Shown piece after piece: positions 9,387-19,295 of a stretch of 64,000 nt of DNA. Every line of letters begins with the position of its first letter. The stretch's first letter is position 1. The stretch spans positions 32,001 to 96,000 of the forward strand of contig QCUR01000006.1 of NCBI GenBank assembly GCA_003208875.1, given 5' to 3'. Source of the stretch: Prochlorococcus sp. AG-679-M23. Lineage in GTDB: Bacteria; Cyanobacteriota; Cyanobacteriia; PCC-6307; Cyanobiaceae. The notes under the pieces were generated by a model. It was not told where the DNA came from and did no database searches. It saw only the letters and a program-made list of their open reading frames with translations. The position numbers and the translations under genes were made by a program.

Positions 9387-9953
9387 TTAGCCTTCTATAA
9401 AAATTATGTCTCTGGGGTCTGATTGTTTTATTAAAGCCCAAGGTAACTCAGTTCCTATTTGATTTTCAAGAAGAATAAGCCATTTCCCTTCTTTATTGAA
9501 ATCAATAATAGATCTCAACTCTTTATTTCTATTAACGTTAATACTTGCTGAAGATACAATGCTACCTAAATATCCTGAGCCCATACCCAAAAGACCCCCC
9601 ATGAAAGATTCTCCTATATTGTTTAATCCAAGGAAGCTAAAAGTGGATAAGTTTGTCATATTAGAAAATGCTATGCCTGCTATAAAACCAAATGGCATTA
9701 GCCAATTACGCATATTTTTCTGTCTTATTTTCCTATCAAGTTTTGGATTTAGAATTCTTATGTTTTCAATTTCTTCAGATTTAAAGAAGCTATTTGTAGA
9801 TAAATTTAATAATTGTTGTTGATCAGGAGTTGTTTTTTCTTTAGATGGCAAAATTAATAAACATTCTGTTAGAAATATTGATTTGTCCTTAAAAACATTT
9901 AATAGATCAAGGCATTTTTCTAGCTCATTAAATATCACTATACTTTTAGTCAA
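9387..9953 (-). CDS. Hypothetical membrane protein
   Basis: WLMPFGFIAG and Gly-rich GGLLGMGSGYLGS hydrophobic segments. Abuts the S4-domain gene. Confidence 0.75.
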   Translation of the reverse strand: MTKSIVIFNELEKCLDLLNVFKDKSIFLTECLLILPSKEKTTPDQQQLLNLSTNSFFKSEEIENIRILNPKLDRKIRQKNMRNWLMPFGFIAGIAFSNMTNLSTFSFLGLNNIGESFMGGLLGMGSGYLGSIVSSASINVNRNKELRSIIDFNKEGKWLILLENQIGTELPWALIKQSDPRDIIFIEG

Positions 9954-10055
9954 TTTTCATTCCTCAAATGTTGGTTTGTTGATTCAAATTAATAAAACAA
10001 GATATCTCTACTATAGATTAAGTTAAAGTAAAAAAATTAAAGAACAACTCTTTAA

Positions 10056-11642
10056 ATGACAAAAGTTTTAATTACAGACCCAATTGATCAAACGGGAATT
10101 GATATTCTTTCCCAAGTCGCTCAAGTTGATCAGAAGATAGGAATCTCGAATTCTGAATTGTCATCTATTATCCATGATTATGATGCTCTTATGATACGCT
10201 CAGGCACTCAAGTTACAGGAGATATTATTAATTCTTCTAAGAAACTAAGAATAATTGGAAGAGCTGGGGTTGGTGTAGATAATGTGGATGTTAAGGCGGC
10301 TACTCAAAAGGGGGTACTTGTTGTTAATTCTCCGGGAGGCAATACCATAGCTGCTGCCGAGCATACAATTGCAATGATGTTGGCATTATCAAGAAATATA
10401 CCAATTGCAAATAGTAGTACTTTTTTGGGTAAATGGGAAAGAAAAAAATTTGTTGGTAATGAGTTGTTTAAGAAAAAGCTAGGTGTTGTAGGTTTAGGAA
10501 AAATAGGAACTCATGTCGCAAAAGTTGCCAATGCTCTTGGAATGGATGTTTATGGATATGATCCATTTGTTTCCTCAGAAAGAGCACAACAATTACAGGT
10601 CAGATTGTCCGAATTAAAAACATTGTTTGAGGAATCTGATTATGTAACTTTACATTTGCCGAGGACTTCAGAAACAGAAAACCTAGTAAATATGAAGGTG
10701 CTTAAAAGTATGAAAAAAAATGCAAAATTAATAAACTGTGCGCGTGGGGGAATAATTGATGAAGAAGCTTTAGCGGAGGCACTTAATAATTCATTGATAG
10801 GAGGGGCAGCTATTGATGTGTTTGCTAAAGAGCCATTAGAATCCAATTCACCACTACTTAAAGTTGATAAAAATTTAATCCTTACACCTCATTTAGGAGC
10901 ATCAACTAGGGAAGCTCAAGAGAATGTTGCTGTAGATGTTGCTGAACAAATAAGAGATGTTCTTTTGGGCCTTTCCGCACGAACAGCTGTAAATATTCCG
11001 GGTTTAAGTCCTGATATTATGGATAGCCTTAAACCTCATTTACAATTAGCTGAAACAATGGGCCTTTTAATAAGCCAACTTTCTGGAGGGCAAATTCAAA
11101 AGTTAGAGGTAAGGCTTCAAGGTGAATTTGTGCAGCATCCTTCAAAGCCTTTAATCATAGCCAGTTTAAAAGGTCTATTAAGTAAGGCTTTAGGTGATCG
11201 AATAAATTATGTTAACGCTTCTCTTGAAGCAGAGTCTAGAGGTATTTCAGTAGTTGAAAGTAAAGATGAGGCTAGACCGGAATTTGCTAGCGGTTCCCTT
11301 CAATTAACTACATTTGGAGATAATGGTGAGCATAGTGTTGCAGGAAGCATTTTTGCTGATGGCGAATTGAGAATAATTAGCATTGATCAATATCCAGTTA
11401 ATGTTTCTCCAAGTAGATTTATGCTTATAACTAGGCATAGAGATATGCCGGGTATTATTGGAAAGTTAGGTTCCCTCCTAGGGGACCACAATGTCAATAT
11501 TGCCTCAATGCAAGTTGGTAGAAAAATTGTCAGAGGAGAGGCTGTTATGGTTTTAAGTATTGATGATCCTATTCCTACAAAATTGCTTGAATCAATTCTT
11601 CAAGTTGAGGGCATCACTAGTTCTGATCCAGTGACCTTATAG
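10056..11642 (+). CDS. serA: D-3-phosphoglycerate dehydrogenase
   Basis: GRAGVGVDN, GLGKIG, NCARGG and TPHLGAST motifs, plus a C-terminal ACT domain. Confidence 0.97.
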   Translation: MTKVLITDPIDQTGIDILSQVAQVDQKIGISNSELSSIIHDYDALMIRSGTQVTGDIINSSKKLRIIGRAGVGVDNVDVKAATQKGVLVVNSPGGNTIAAAEHTIAMMLALSRNIPIANSSTFLGKWERKKFVGNELFKKKLGVVGLGKIGTHVAKVANALGMDVYGYDPFVSSERAQQLQVRLSELKTLFEESDYVTLHLPRTSETENLVNMKVLKSMKKNAKLINCARGGIIDEEALAEALNNSLIGGAAIDVFAKEPLESNSPLLKVDKNLILTPHLGASTREAQENVAVDVAEQIRDVLLGLSARTAVNIPGLSPDIMDSLKPHLQLAETMGLLISQLSGGQIQKLEVRLQGEFVQHPSKPLIIASLKGLLSKALGDRINYVNASLEAESRGISVVESKDEARPEFASGSLQLTTFGDNGEHSVAGSIFADGELRIISIDQYPVNVSPSRFMLITRHRDMPGIIGKLGSLLGDHNVNIASMQVGRKIVRGEAVMVLSIDDPIPTKLLESILQVEGITSSDPVTL

Positions 11643-11658
11643 ATAATTTGAGTATTTA

Positions 11659-12567
11659 ATGGAAATAAAAAATTGGTATGAACTTACCTTTGAAATAGAA
11701 ACTAATTTAGAAGAAATTATTATTTGGAAATTAAATGACTTAGGTATATCTAGTTACGCATTTGAAATTTTACTAAATAGTAAAAATAATAAAAAAGTAA
11801 TAATTTGGCTCCCAAATTTAAATTGGCCAGAAAGTTTAAGAATTAAACTTGTAAAAAATATTAAAGAGGTTTTAGATAAAAACAATTATCAAACCAATTG
11901 TTTTGAGTGGAATCTTATTGAACAAGAAGATTGGATATCAAGTTGGAAGAAATATTGGGGACCAGAACTTGTAGGAAAAAATTTACTTGTATTACCTTGT
12001 TGGCTTGAATTACCAGAGGAACATAAAAATAAGAAAGTTATTAAAATAGATCCTGGAGCAGCTTTTGGTACAGGAAGTCATCCCACGACATCTCTTTGCT
12101 TAGAAGAATTGGAAAAGATTTCATTATCTAGAAAGAAAATATTAGATATAGGTTCAGGTAGCGGTATTTTAAGTATTGCCGCTAGATCTTTTGGGGCTAG
12201 CAAGATTTATTCTATTGATAATGATTATCTGGCAATAAATTCCACTGAGTCTAATTTTCGGCTGAATTTTGGTAATCTTGATGATTTAAAAACATATTTA
12301 GGATCATTTGATGGTTTGGTTTCAAAATATACTTTGAAAAATTTTGATTTTATTTTGTGTAATATTCTTGCAGAAGTGATAAAAGGCATAATCCCTGACA
12401 TTCGTAATTGCCTTAAAATTGATGGAGAAGTTATTTTAAGTGGGATCTTGAATTCACAAAAAGATGAAATTATCAAATTATTAAAAGCTAGTAATTTACG
12501 AATAAATAATGTATCTTCTAAAAAAGATTGGGTGTGCATTACAGCACAAAAAATCCCCTTATCTTAA
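11659..12567 (+). CDS. prmA: Ribosomal protein L11 methyltransferase
   Basis: [29 protein letters not shown] and LSGIL motifs. Confidence 0.96.
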   Translation: MEIKNWYELTFEIETNLEEIIIWKLNDLGISSYAFEILLNSKNNKKVIIWLPNLNWPESLRIKLVKNIKEVLDKNNYQTNCFEWNLIEQEDWISSWKKYWGPELVGKNLLVLPCWLELPEEHKNKKVIKIDPGAAFGTGSHPTTSLCLEELEKISLSRKKILDIGSGSGILSIAARSFGASKIYSIDNDYLAINSTESNFRLNFGNLDDLKTYLGSFDGLVSKYTLKNFDFILCNILAEVIKGIIPDIRNCLKIDGEVILSGILNSQKDEIIKLLKASNLRINNVSSKKDWVCITAQKIPLS

Positions 12568-12705
12568 AAATACATAAGTTTTTCTAATGTAACCCCCTTT
12601 TCTCATTGCATTGTTTCATTTTTTACACCCTTTACACACAAATGCTTACAAACAATGTTAAAAAAGTATTAACGGTAAATTCTTTACCATCAATTTTTAA
12701 ATTAA

Positions 12706-13005
12706 ATGGCTTCCTACAAAGTTACACTTATCAGTGAAAGTGAAGGTCTCAATTCTACGATTGAAGTACCTGATGATCAGTACATTCTAGATGCTGCTGA
12801 AGAACAAGGCGTTGATCTGCCGTATTCCTGCAGAGCAGGAGCTTGTTCTACTTGTGCGGGTAAAATCACATCTGGAACTGTTGATCAATCTGATCAAAGT
12901 TTTTTAGATGATGATCAACTTGAAGCTGGCTTTGTCCTTACCTGTGTTGCATATCCATCTTCAGATGTAACGATTAATACTCATGCTGAAGAAGAACTTT
13001 ATTAA
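12706..13005 (+). CDS. petF: Plant-type [2Fe-2S] ferredoxin
   Basis: [15 protein letters not shown] and LTCVAYP motifs. Confidence 0.97.
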   Translation: MASYKVTLISESEGLNSTIEVPDDQYILDAAEEQGVDLPYSCRAGACSTCAGKITSGTVDQSDQSFLDDDQLEAGFVLTCVAYPSSDVTINTHAEEELY

Positions 13006-13050
13006 TTTATAAAAAATAACTCTAATAGGTTGTTTTATTAAATTTTTTCT

Positions 13051-13078
13051 GCCACTCTCATATGAGGTGGCTTTTTTT
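13051..13078 (+). terminator. Rho-independent terminator after petF
   Basis: GCCAC(T)CTCA-TA-TGAGGTGGC hairpin followed by a T7 run. Confidence 0.75.
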
Positions 13079-13087
13079 ATGAGATAA

Positions 13088-13453
13088 ATGAATAAATTTC
13101 AATTTTTTAAAACCGATGCAATTCAATCAAGTTACGGTGGCCAATTCAGCTATAAAGTGATTGGACCATGTTGTAGGTTATATGATAGAGAAGAGTTACC
13201 TTGGCCTTGTTCTAGGCTTGCTTGGCGCAGTAAAGAGCCCAGTTGGAGAAGAATAGGCTCTCGATTTGTCGCAGATATGGCCTCAAGGAAATGTCCATCG
13301 TATTCAGTTCAAATTTTAGAGCCAGGATCAAAACCTGTAGAAACGGTCATCACTCTCTTCTCAAAGAAGTTTTCTTCAGAAATTCAAGAATGGTGGTATA
13401 GCAAAAAACCAGGTTCAAAAGAACCTGGTAATGTGTTGCCAGAAAGTATTTAA
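13088..13453 (+). CDS. Hypothetical Cys/Trp-rich protein
   Basis: 121-aa ORF containing GPCCRLYDREELPWPCSRL...CPSY. Confidence 0.8.
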   Translation: MNKFQFFKTDAIQSSYGGQFSYKVIGPCCRLYDREELPWPCSRLAWRSKEPSWRRIGSRFVADMASRKCPSYSVQILEPGSKPVETVITLFSKKFSSEIQEWWYSKKPGSKEPGNVLPESI

Positions 13454-13462
13454 ATTATTTTT

Positions 13463-14011
13463 TTAAGCTTTTGGTTTTGGAGGCATATAACCCTTTAAAC
13501 CTGAGCATTCAAGACTGTCAACTGTATCCACGCCAGTTTTTGAATTAGTACCTGTTGCTCTCTCACATAATGATTTCCTCTCAGAAAGATCAAGATTGGC
13601 GTCAGTAAAGTCTGTTCCATCTATAGTTGCCCCATTAAAAACACTTTTCATTAGCTCTCCATTTGTAAGATTTGCATCTGATAAATCAGCATTATCAAAA
13701 CGTACGGCATAAGCAATAAGATCTTTCATGTTTGCGCCTTTGAAACTAGAGTTCTTGGCAGTTGTTACGCTCATATAGGCACCTTGTAGGTTGGCTTCGC
13801 CTAAATCTTGATTAGATAAATCATATTTTACATATTCATTATTTTGAAGATCTGCACCATGAAGATCTTCTTTCAATCCATCTACCGATGAAGGATCACT
13901 TGGATAAAGTGCATTTGCAGAGATTGGATTAAGAAGTAAACCAATAATCAATGGAAGAAAAATAAGAAGTCTTTTGAAAGACTTGTTTAGTGATGAAAAA
14001 ATAGAAACCAT
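13463..14011 (-). CDS. Pentapeptide repeat protein with signal peptide
   Basis: A(D/N)Lxx repeats (ADLQN, ANLQG, ADLSD, ANLTN), signal peptide ending ANA and a C-terminal Cys pair. The start could be 14011, 14023 or 14041. Confidence 0.9.
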   Translation of the reverse strand: MVSIFSSLNKSFKRLLIFLPLIIGLLLNPISANALYPSDPSSVDGLKEDLHGADLQNNEYVKYDLSNQDLGEANLQGAYMSVTTAKNSSFKGANMKDLIAYAVRFDNADLSDANLTNGELMKSVFNGATIDGTDFTDANLDLSERKSLCERATGTNSKTGVDTVDSLECSGLKGYMPPKPKA

Positions 14012-14100
14012 TTCGATCGACATCAAATTAAAAAAAACCATAAGACTATTATTTCATGGGTTGGTCATTTACAACCCTACTGCTCACGAACTGTTGCAGT

Positions 14101-15039
14101 TTATTTAATTTCTGCGGTTAAAAAATCTTTCGCAAGATAAGTATTAGGGAAGATTTTTTGAGCTTCTTTTAGCAAATCGCTTGGCTTGATTAGACTTCTT
14201 TGAGTATATCTTGGGCTTAAATGTGTGATAATTAATTTCTTTACGTTAGACAATAGTGCAGTTTTTGCTGCCATTATTGTTGTCGAATGTAATTTCTCGT
14301 AAGCCATTTTTTCATCTTCTTTGGAAAATGTAGATTCATGAACTAACAAATCAGCATTTTTAGATAGATTTACTGCAGATTCGCTAAAAACTGTATCAGT
14401 ACAATAAACAAAACTTTCACCTTTTCTAGGAGGTCCACAAAAATCTTGCCCATTAAAAGATCTCCCATCTTTTAATTGAACTGTTTTACCTGCCTGTAAT
14501 TCTGAATATATAGGCCCGGGGGGAATATTTTGATCTTCTGCTTTTTTGATATCGAATACTCCTGGCTTATTTTTTTCGCTCACACGATAACCATAAGCAG
14601 GTAGCCTATGTTTGAGGCAGGCACAATGAACTTTTAACTTATCGTTTTCAAATAATATTTTATTTAATGAGGCGAAATTCTCAACTTCTCGAAAACGTAA
14701 AGGAAATGACAACTTGCAAAAGCTGCTTTCAAGTGCAGCAGTTACAAACCTTTTTAACTCTGAAGGACCATAAATTTCAATACCATTACTATTCCCCGAT
14801 AAACCTAATGTAGCTAAAAGACCTGGTAAACCATAAATATGATCACCATGCATATGAGTAATAAATATCTTTTTAATTTGTGAAGACTTAATATTACTCT
14901 TCATTAGTTGATGCTGAGTTCCTTCTCCGCAATCAAAAAGCCATACTTCAGCCGTTTGAGATAATTTAAGGGCTAAGGAAGAAACATTTCTTGTTAAGGT
15001 TGGCACCCCAGAGCTTGTTCCCAAGAAAGTGATGTTCAC
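14101..15039 (-). CDS. rnz: Ribonuclease Z
   Basis: [31 protein letters not shown] and THLSPRY motifs. Confidence 0.97.
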   Translation of the reverse strand: MNITFLGTSSGVPTLTRNVSSLALKLSQTAEVWLFDCGEGTQHQLMKSNIKSSQIKKIFITHMHGDHIYGLPGLLATLGLSGNSNGIEIYGPSELKRFVTAALESSFCKLSFPLRFREVENFASLNKILFENDKLKVHCACLKHRLPAYGYRVSEKNKPGVFDIKKAEDQNIPPGPIYSELQAGKTVQLKDGRSFNGQDFCGPPRKGESFVYCTDTVFSESAVNLSKNADLLVHESTFSKEDEKMAYEKLHSTTIMAAKTALLSNVKKLIITHLSPRYTQRSLIKPSDLLKEAQKIFPNTYLAKDFLTAEIK

Positions 15040-15126
15040 TTTAAATGTTATTTTTGTTTTATTTCTAGATTAAATCTAGACTTTTAGTCAAACTAAGGCA
15101 AATACAAAATTTGTTTTTCAAACATA

Positions 15127-16320
15127 GTGGGTTTTCAAATTACAAAAAATTCTCATAAATTTTATTTAATATTGATAATAATTTTTTGTGTTTTCCAAAA
15201 TCAGTCTTTATCTGCTGCTAGAGAGCCCTTAATAAGGGTTTTAATATCAAAAAACAGAAATTTAAGAATAAGATCTGATAAATCAATTCCATTAATTATT
15301 AAAGGGCAAAAATTCTCAAATAAAAAAATTAAAGGTTTGACTGTAAAAAAAGAAAATAATACAACATCATTATTTTTTGATAAGAACAAACAAAAAATTT
15401 ATGATTTAAAAAATAAAGTAAAATTAGTAGTTAAATCTTCTGATGGTAGAGGTATTTGGGTTGGCCAGAAAAGATATTCGGGAATTTTAAATCTATTAGT
15501 TCTTGATTCTGAGATATTAGTGATTAATATCCTTGGAATCGAAAAGTATCTGAGTAGTGTTGTTGGCTCAGAGATGCCAGCTAAATGGCCGTTAGAGGCA
15601 TTAAAAGCACAGGCTATTGCTTCAAGGACTTATGCTTTAAAACAAAAAGGAAATCAAATTTATGATATTGATTCTACTCAGAAAAATCAAGTATATAATG
15701 GCTTGGAATCAAGAACCTATAAAACTATAAGGGCAGTAAGAAGTACAAGATCATTAGTTTTGACATATAAAAATAAATTGATTAATGCCTTGTTTCACAG
15801 TAGTTCAGGAGGGATGACAGAAAATAGTCAAGATGTTTGGAAGAATGCATATCCTTATTTATCAAGTGTTAGAGATTTTGATAGAAATAATCCAAAACTC
15901 GGATGGAAGAAAAAATTCTCAAGCGGAGAATTACAAAAATTATTCCCTGAAATTGGAGGAATTAAAAAAATTGAGATTTTGAATATAACTAATACTGGGA
16001 GAGTAAAAAATGTGAAAATTTTTGGAAAATATGGCTCTGATCAAATATCAGGAGTTGATATTAGAAAAAGAATGAATCTGAAAAGTACTTTTATGAGGTT
16101 TAAATTCATTGAAGATAAAAAATATATTTCCGATAATGATAATTCCAATATTCCTATTGAAAAAACTTTAATAGTTTTTGGTCAAGGCTCTGGCCATGGT
16201 GTAGGGATGAGTCAATGGGGTGCAAGATATATGGCTTCCAAAGGTCAAAAAGCAGAAAGAATATTAAAACATTTTTATAAGGGTGTAAGAATTAAACCGT
16301 TTAGCAAAAATTACTTATAA
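15127..16320 (+). CDS. SpoIID/LytB domain protein
   Basis: EKYLSSVVGSEMP, EALKAQAIASRTY, QVYNG and GSGHGVGMSQWGA motifs. Confidence 0.92.
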   Translation: MGFQITKNSHKFYLILIIIFCVFQNQSLSAAREPLIRVLISKNRNLRIRSDKSIPLIIKGQKFSNKKIKGLTVKKENNTTSLFFDKNKQKIYDLKNKVKLVVKSSDGRGIWVGQKRYSGILNLLVLDSEILVINILGIEKYLSSVVGSEMPAKWPLEALKAQAIASRTYALKQKGNQIYDIDSTQKNQVYNGLESRTYKTIRAVRSTRSLVLTYKNKLINALFHSSSGGMTENSQDVWKNAYPYLSSVRDFDRNNPKLGWKKKFSSGELQKLFPEIGGIKKIEILNITNTGRVKNVKIFGKYGSDQISGVDIRKRMNLKSTFMRFKFIEDKKYISDNDNSNIPIEKTLIVFGQGSGHGVGMSQWGARYMASKGQKAERILKHFYKGVRIKPFSKNYL

Positions 16321-16324
16321 AAAG

Positions 16325-17242
16325 TTATTTTGCATTAAGAACTAATTTGGGATGTAATGTAGTTTTTTCTTCATTAATAAAACCCATTCCTAATAGGATT
16401 TTGTTACTGTCAATAATTTTTATTGGTTTTTTGTAATCAAAAGAGTTGCTTTGAACAAAATTATTAGCATCAAATTTAATTATTCTTCCTGTTTGCCAAA
16501 AGTTAATTTCTTCTTGATTAGCTAAAACTAGTGTTGAAATATGATCAAGAGCAGAAATTGTGGGAATAATAAAAGGTGCGTTTATGTCATTATGATCACT
16601 TAGATCAGATATCTTTATAGAATTTTTCTCATGGAATCCACAAGCCGAAATCCTTTTAAGTTTCAAAAGACAACCTTCAGAATCTAAGATCCCGCCCAAA
16701 TCTCTAGCGATGGATCTTATATAAGTTCCTGAGGAACAAGAAACTTTTATTTCTAATATTCCATTTATTTGATCCCATTTATTTAGAACTAATTCTTCTA
16801 TTTCAACCTCTTTTGGTTTTAATTCAAATTCCTCATTTTTAAAAGCTTTTTTGTATGCTCTTTCACCATTAACGTGAACACTTGATACTTTTGGAGGGAC
16901 TTGTTGGATAATACCTCTGAAGTTATTTAAATACTTATCTAATTGCTTATGGCTCAAAATAGGCCAATCTTTTTGGTTAAGAATTTCGCCTTGTATATCA
17001 TCAGTTTTTGTTCTTATGCCTAATTGGATTTGGCCAATATAGGTTTTGCCTTGAGGTAAATATTGAATAAATCTTGTAGCACTGCCTATCGCAATTGGTA
17101 AAGTACCTGTTACGTCGGGATCTAAAGTACCTGTGTGACCAACTTTTTTGGTACCTAACAATTTCCTTATTTGTTTAACGCAATCATGAGAGGTAAATCC
17201 TTTCTCTTTATTTATTGCTATAAATCCATCTTTAATTTCCAT
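16325..17242 (-). CDS. truB: tRNA pseudouridine(55) synthase
   Basis: [15 protein letters not shown] and [15 protein letters not shown] motifs. Confidence 0.97.
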   Translation of the reverse strand: MEIKDGFIAINKEKGFTSHDCVKQIRKLLGTKKVGHTGTLDPDVTGTLPIAIGSATRFIQYLPQGKTYIGQIQLGIRTKTDDIQGEILNQKDWPILSHKQLDKYLNNFRGIIQQVPPKVSSVHVNGERAYKKAFKNEEFELKPKEVEIEELVLNKWDQINGILEIKVSCSSGTYIRSIARDLGGILDSEGCLLKLKRISACGFHEKNSIKISDLSDHNDINAPFIIPTISALDHISTLVLANQEEINFWQTGRIIKFDANNFVQSNSFDYKKPIKIIDSNKILLGMGFINEEKTTLHPKLVLNAK

Positions 17243-17319
17243 TTTAATATTAAGATTCCTATGAGAACTATTTCTTACTATTTTATTATTTTTAAATAAG
17301 GAATTATTAAAGTAAGAAA

Positions 17320-18057
17320 TTGAAAAAAGATGATTTCATAATAAAAGAATTTATAGATGATGCTTTTGATTTGAAATCACACTTAATGGAATTCTTGTCT
17401 ATCGAGCAGGATGATTTAGATGGTTTCCTCGAAAACGCAAAGATGGATCTAGCCAATCTTCATCCTGGGGGTAGTTTAAGTGAGGCTGAAGACTTTTATA
17501 AAGAAATTGTTGGAGATAAGCATTTGGCAGATTTGGCCGCCTGGCATATTTCAAGTAAGGATTATATTGCTGACACGTTAAAACTTCAGCAGAGATTTTC
17601 AAGAAATTTGGTCTTAGATTTTGGAGGAGGGATCGGTACTCATGCTTTAGCTAATGCATTGTCTCCAAAGGTTGAGCATGTTTTTTTCGTTGATATTAAT
17701 AAAACAAATAGAGATTTTGTTGAATATAGGTCTAAAAAACTTGGTGTTGGTAATAAACTCACTTTTTGTAAAACAATTCAGGAAACAAAAATATCTAGAT
17801 TTGATACGATCATATGCCTTGATGTATTAGAGCATTTATCTGATCCGGCTTTTCATCTTGATACCTTTCATAAAATTATGGGTCCTAACTCAATTGGATT
17901 ATTTAATTGGTACTTTTATAAAGGAGAAAATAATGAATACCCCTTTCACGTTGATGATGAGCAAATTGTTGAACAATTTTTTAAGACTCTACAATTAAAA
18001 TTTGTAGAAGTTTTTCATCCTATTCTTATTACGACAAGATCTTATAAAAAGAATTAA
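17320..18057 (+). CDS. Class I SAM-dependent methyltransferase
   Basis: VLDFGGGIG and [13 protein letters not shown] motifs. Confidence 0.85.
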
Positions 18058-18314
18058 AGAACTACATTTACTCTTTTTCTGTTTCTTAAATTCCTTTTGA
18101 TACTGTCAAAGCTTACAGTTCCTTCTTTTAGGGCGAAAAGTGTATCGTCCTTTCCTTTTCCTACGTTAATTCCTGGTAAAAAAGAAGTACCTCTTTGACG
18201 GATTATGATAGACCCTGCCGATACTTTTTCTCCTCCATAAGCTTTAACTCCTAGTCTTTTAGAATTTGAATCTCTTCCATTTCTGGTTGATCCGGTACCT
18301 TTTTTATGTGCCAT
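18054..18314 (-). CDS. rpmA: 50S ribosomal protein L27
   Basis: [17 protein letters not shown]-terminus. Confidence 0.99.
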
Positions 18315-18323
18315 TAGTAAAAA

Positions 18324-18764
18324 TTAGTTTTCAGGATTTGAGGCCTTTGGGCTGGTACTCTTTTTTTTAACTTCAGTTTTTGAAGATGTTTTAGGAGTAC
18401 TGTTTGAAGTTGTTATAGATTTTACCATAACTCTTGTGAGCTCTTGTCTGTGACCCATTTTTCTACGTGTCTTCTTTTTAGGACGCATTTTATATACGAT
18501 TATTTTCTTATCTCTTTTATGAGAAACCACTTCTAGTTCAATTTTTGCATTTTTTACGTAAGGCTGACCAACTGAAATATTATCTTTATCCTTTATTAGG
18601 AGAATTTTATCAATAGTAATTTTATCTTTTTCTTTAGCATTTAACCTGTCAATATCATAATATTTATCAACTTCAAACCAGAATTGTTGGCCTGATGTCT
18701 CAGCTATTGCATACAAATGTTCATTTTTTGCAGAACTGTTAGAAGGTTTTTTGGAAGAAGTCAT
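18324..18764 (-). CDS. rplU: 50S ribosomal protein L21
   Basis: YAIAETSGQQ and KKKTRRKMGHRQ motifs. Lies upstream of rpmA. Confidence 0.98.
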   Translation of the reverse strand: MTSSKKPSNSSAKNEHLYAIAETSGQQFWFEVDKYYDIDRLNAKEKDKITIDKILLIKDKDNISVGQPYVKNAKIELEVVSHKRDKKIIVYKMRPKKKTRRKMGHRQELTRVMVKSITTSNSTPKTSSKTEVKKKSTSPKASNPEN

Positions 18765-18772
18765 ATAATGAG

Positions 18773-18822
18773 GACGCCGTGAGGCTCAAATTTATTAATT
18801 TGATTAAGCCTTTTTAGCAGTC
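18773..18822 (-). promoter_or_regulatory. Structured 5' leader hairpin upstream of rplU
   Basis: GAC-U-GCU-AAAA-AGGCU-UAAU-CAAAUU-AAUA-AAUUUG-AGCCU-CAC-GGC-GUC pairs as an extended stem ending 8 nt before the ATG. Confidence 0.45.
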
Positions 18823-18909
18823 TTGAATGTTTGTTTATTTTCTTATTTTATAATGTAATTAGTCAAGGTTTATTATTAAATTCTTTTATTTAACTTGAGG
18901 TTTTAACAA

Positions 18910-19233
18910 ATGGTGGCAAGAAAAACATATATTTTAAAACTTTACGTAGCAGGAAATACTCCCAATTCAATGAGGGCTTTGAATACTCTTAAAGAAATTC
19001 TAGAGAATGAATTTAAAGGAGTTTATGCTTTAAAAGTAATAGATGTTCTTAAACAACCGCAACTTGCTGAAGAAGATAAGATTTTGGCAACCCCAACTCT
19101 TGCAAAGATTTTACCTCCTCCTGTTAGAAGAATAATTGGTGATTTATCTGATAGAGAAAAGGTTTTAATTGGATTAGATTTACTTTTTGATGAATTATCA
19201 GAGAGTGAATATAGTGGAGGTACAAAAAATTAA
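18910..19233 (+). CDS. kaiB: Circadian clock protein KaiB
   Basis: [14 protein letters not shown] and [23 protein letters not shown] motifs. Confidence 0.98.
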   Translation: MVARKTYILKLYVAGNTPNSMRALNTLKEILENEFKGVYALKVIDVLKQPQLAEEDKILATPTLAKILPPPVRRIIGDLSDREKVLIGLDLLFDELSESEYSGGTKN

Positions 19234-19295
19234 TAAAAACTTTTATAATTAAAAATATATCAATAGTTATAGAATAATTTTCCTGACAAAAATCT

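Noticed and set aside
12613..12650. TTTACA-like direct repeats upstream of petF as an RpaB HLR1 site
   Set aside because: The repeat period is 9 bp rather than the 10 bp of HLR1, and the flanking bases mismatch.
13463..14011. Repetitive sequence as a DNA repeat or CRISPR
   Set aside because: The periodicity is protein-level pentapeptide repeats, with no repeat-spacer structure.
18765..18909. kaiA pseudogene remnant
   Set aside because: No KaiA-like translation is recognisable in the 145-bp gap.
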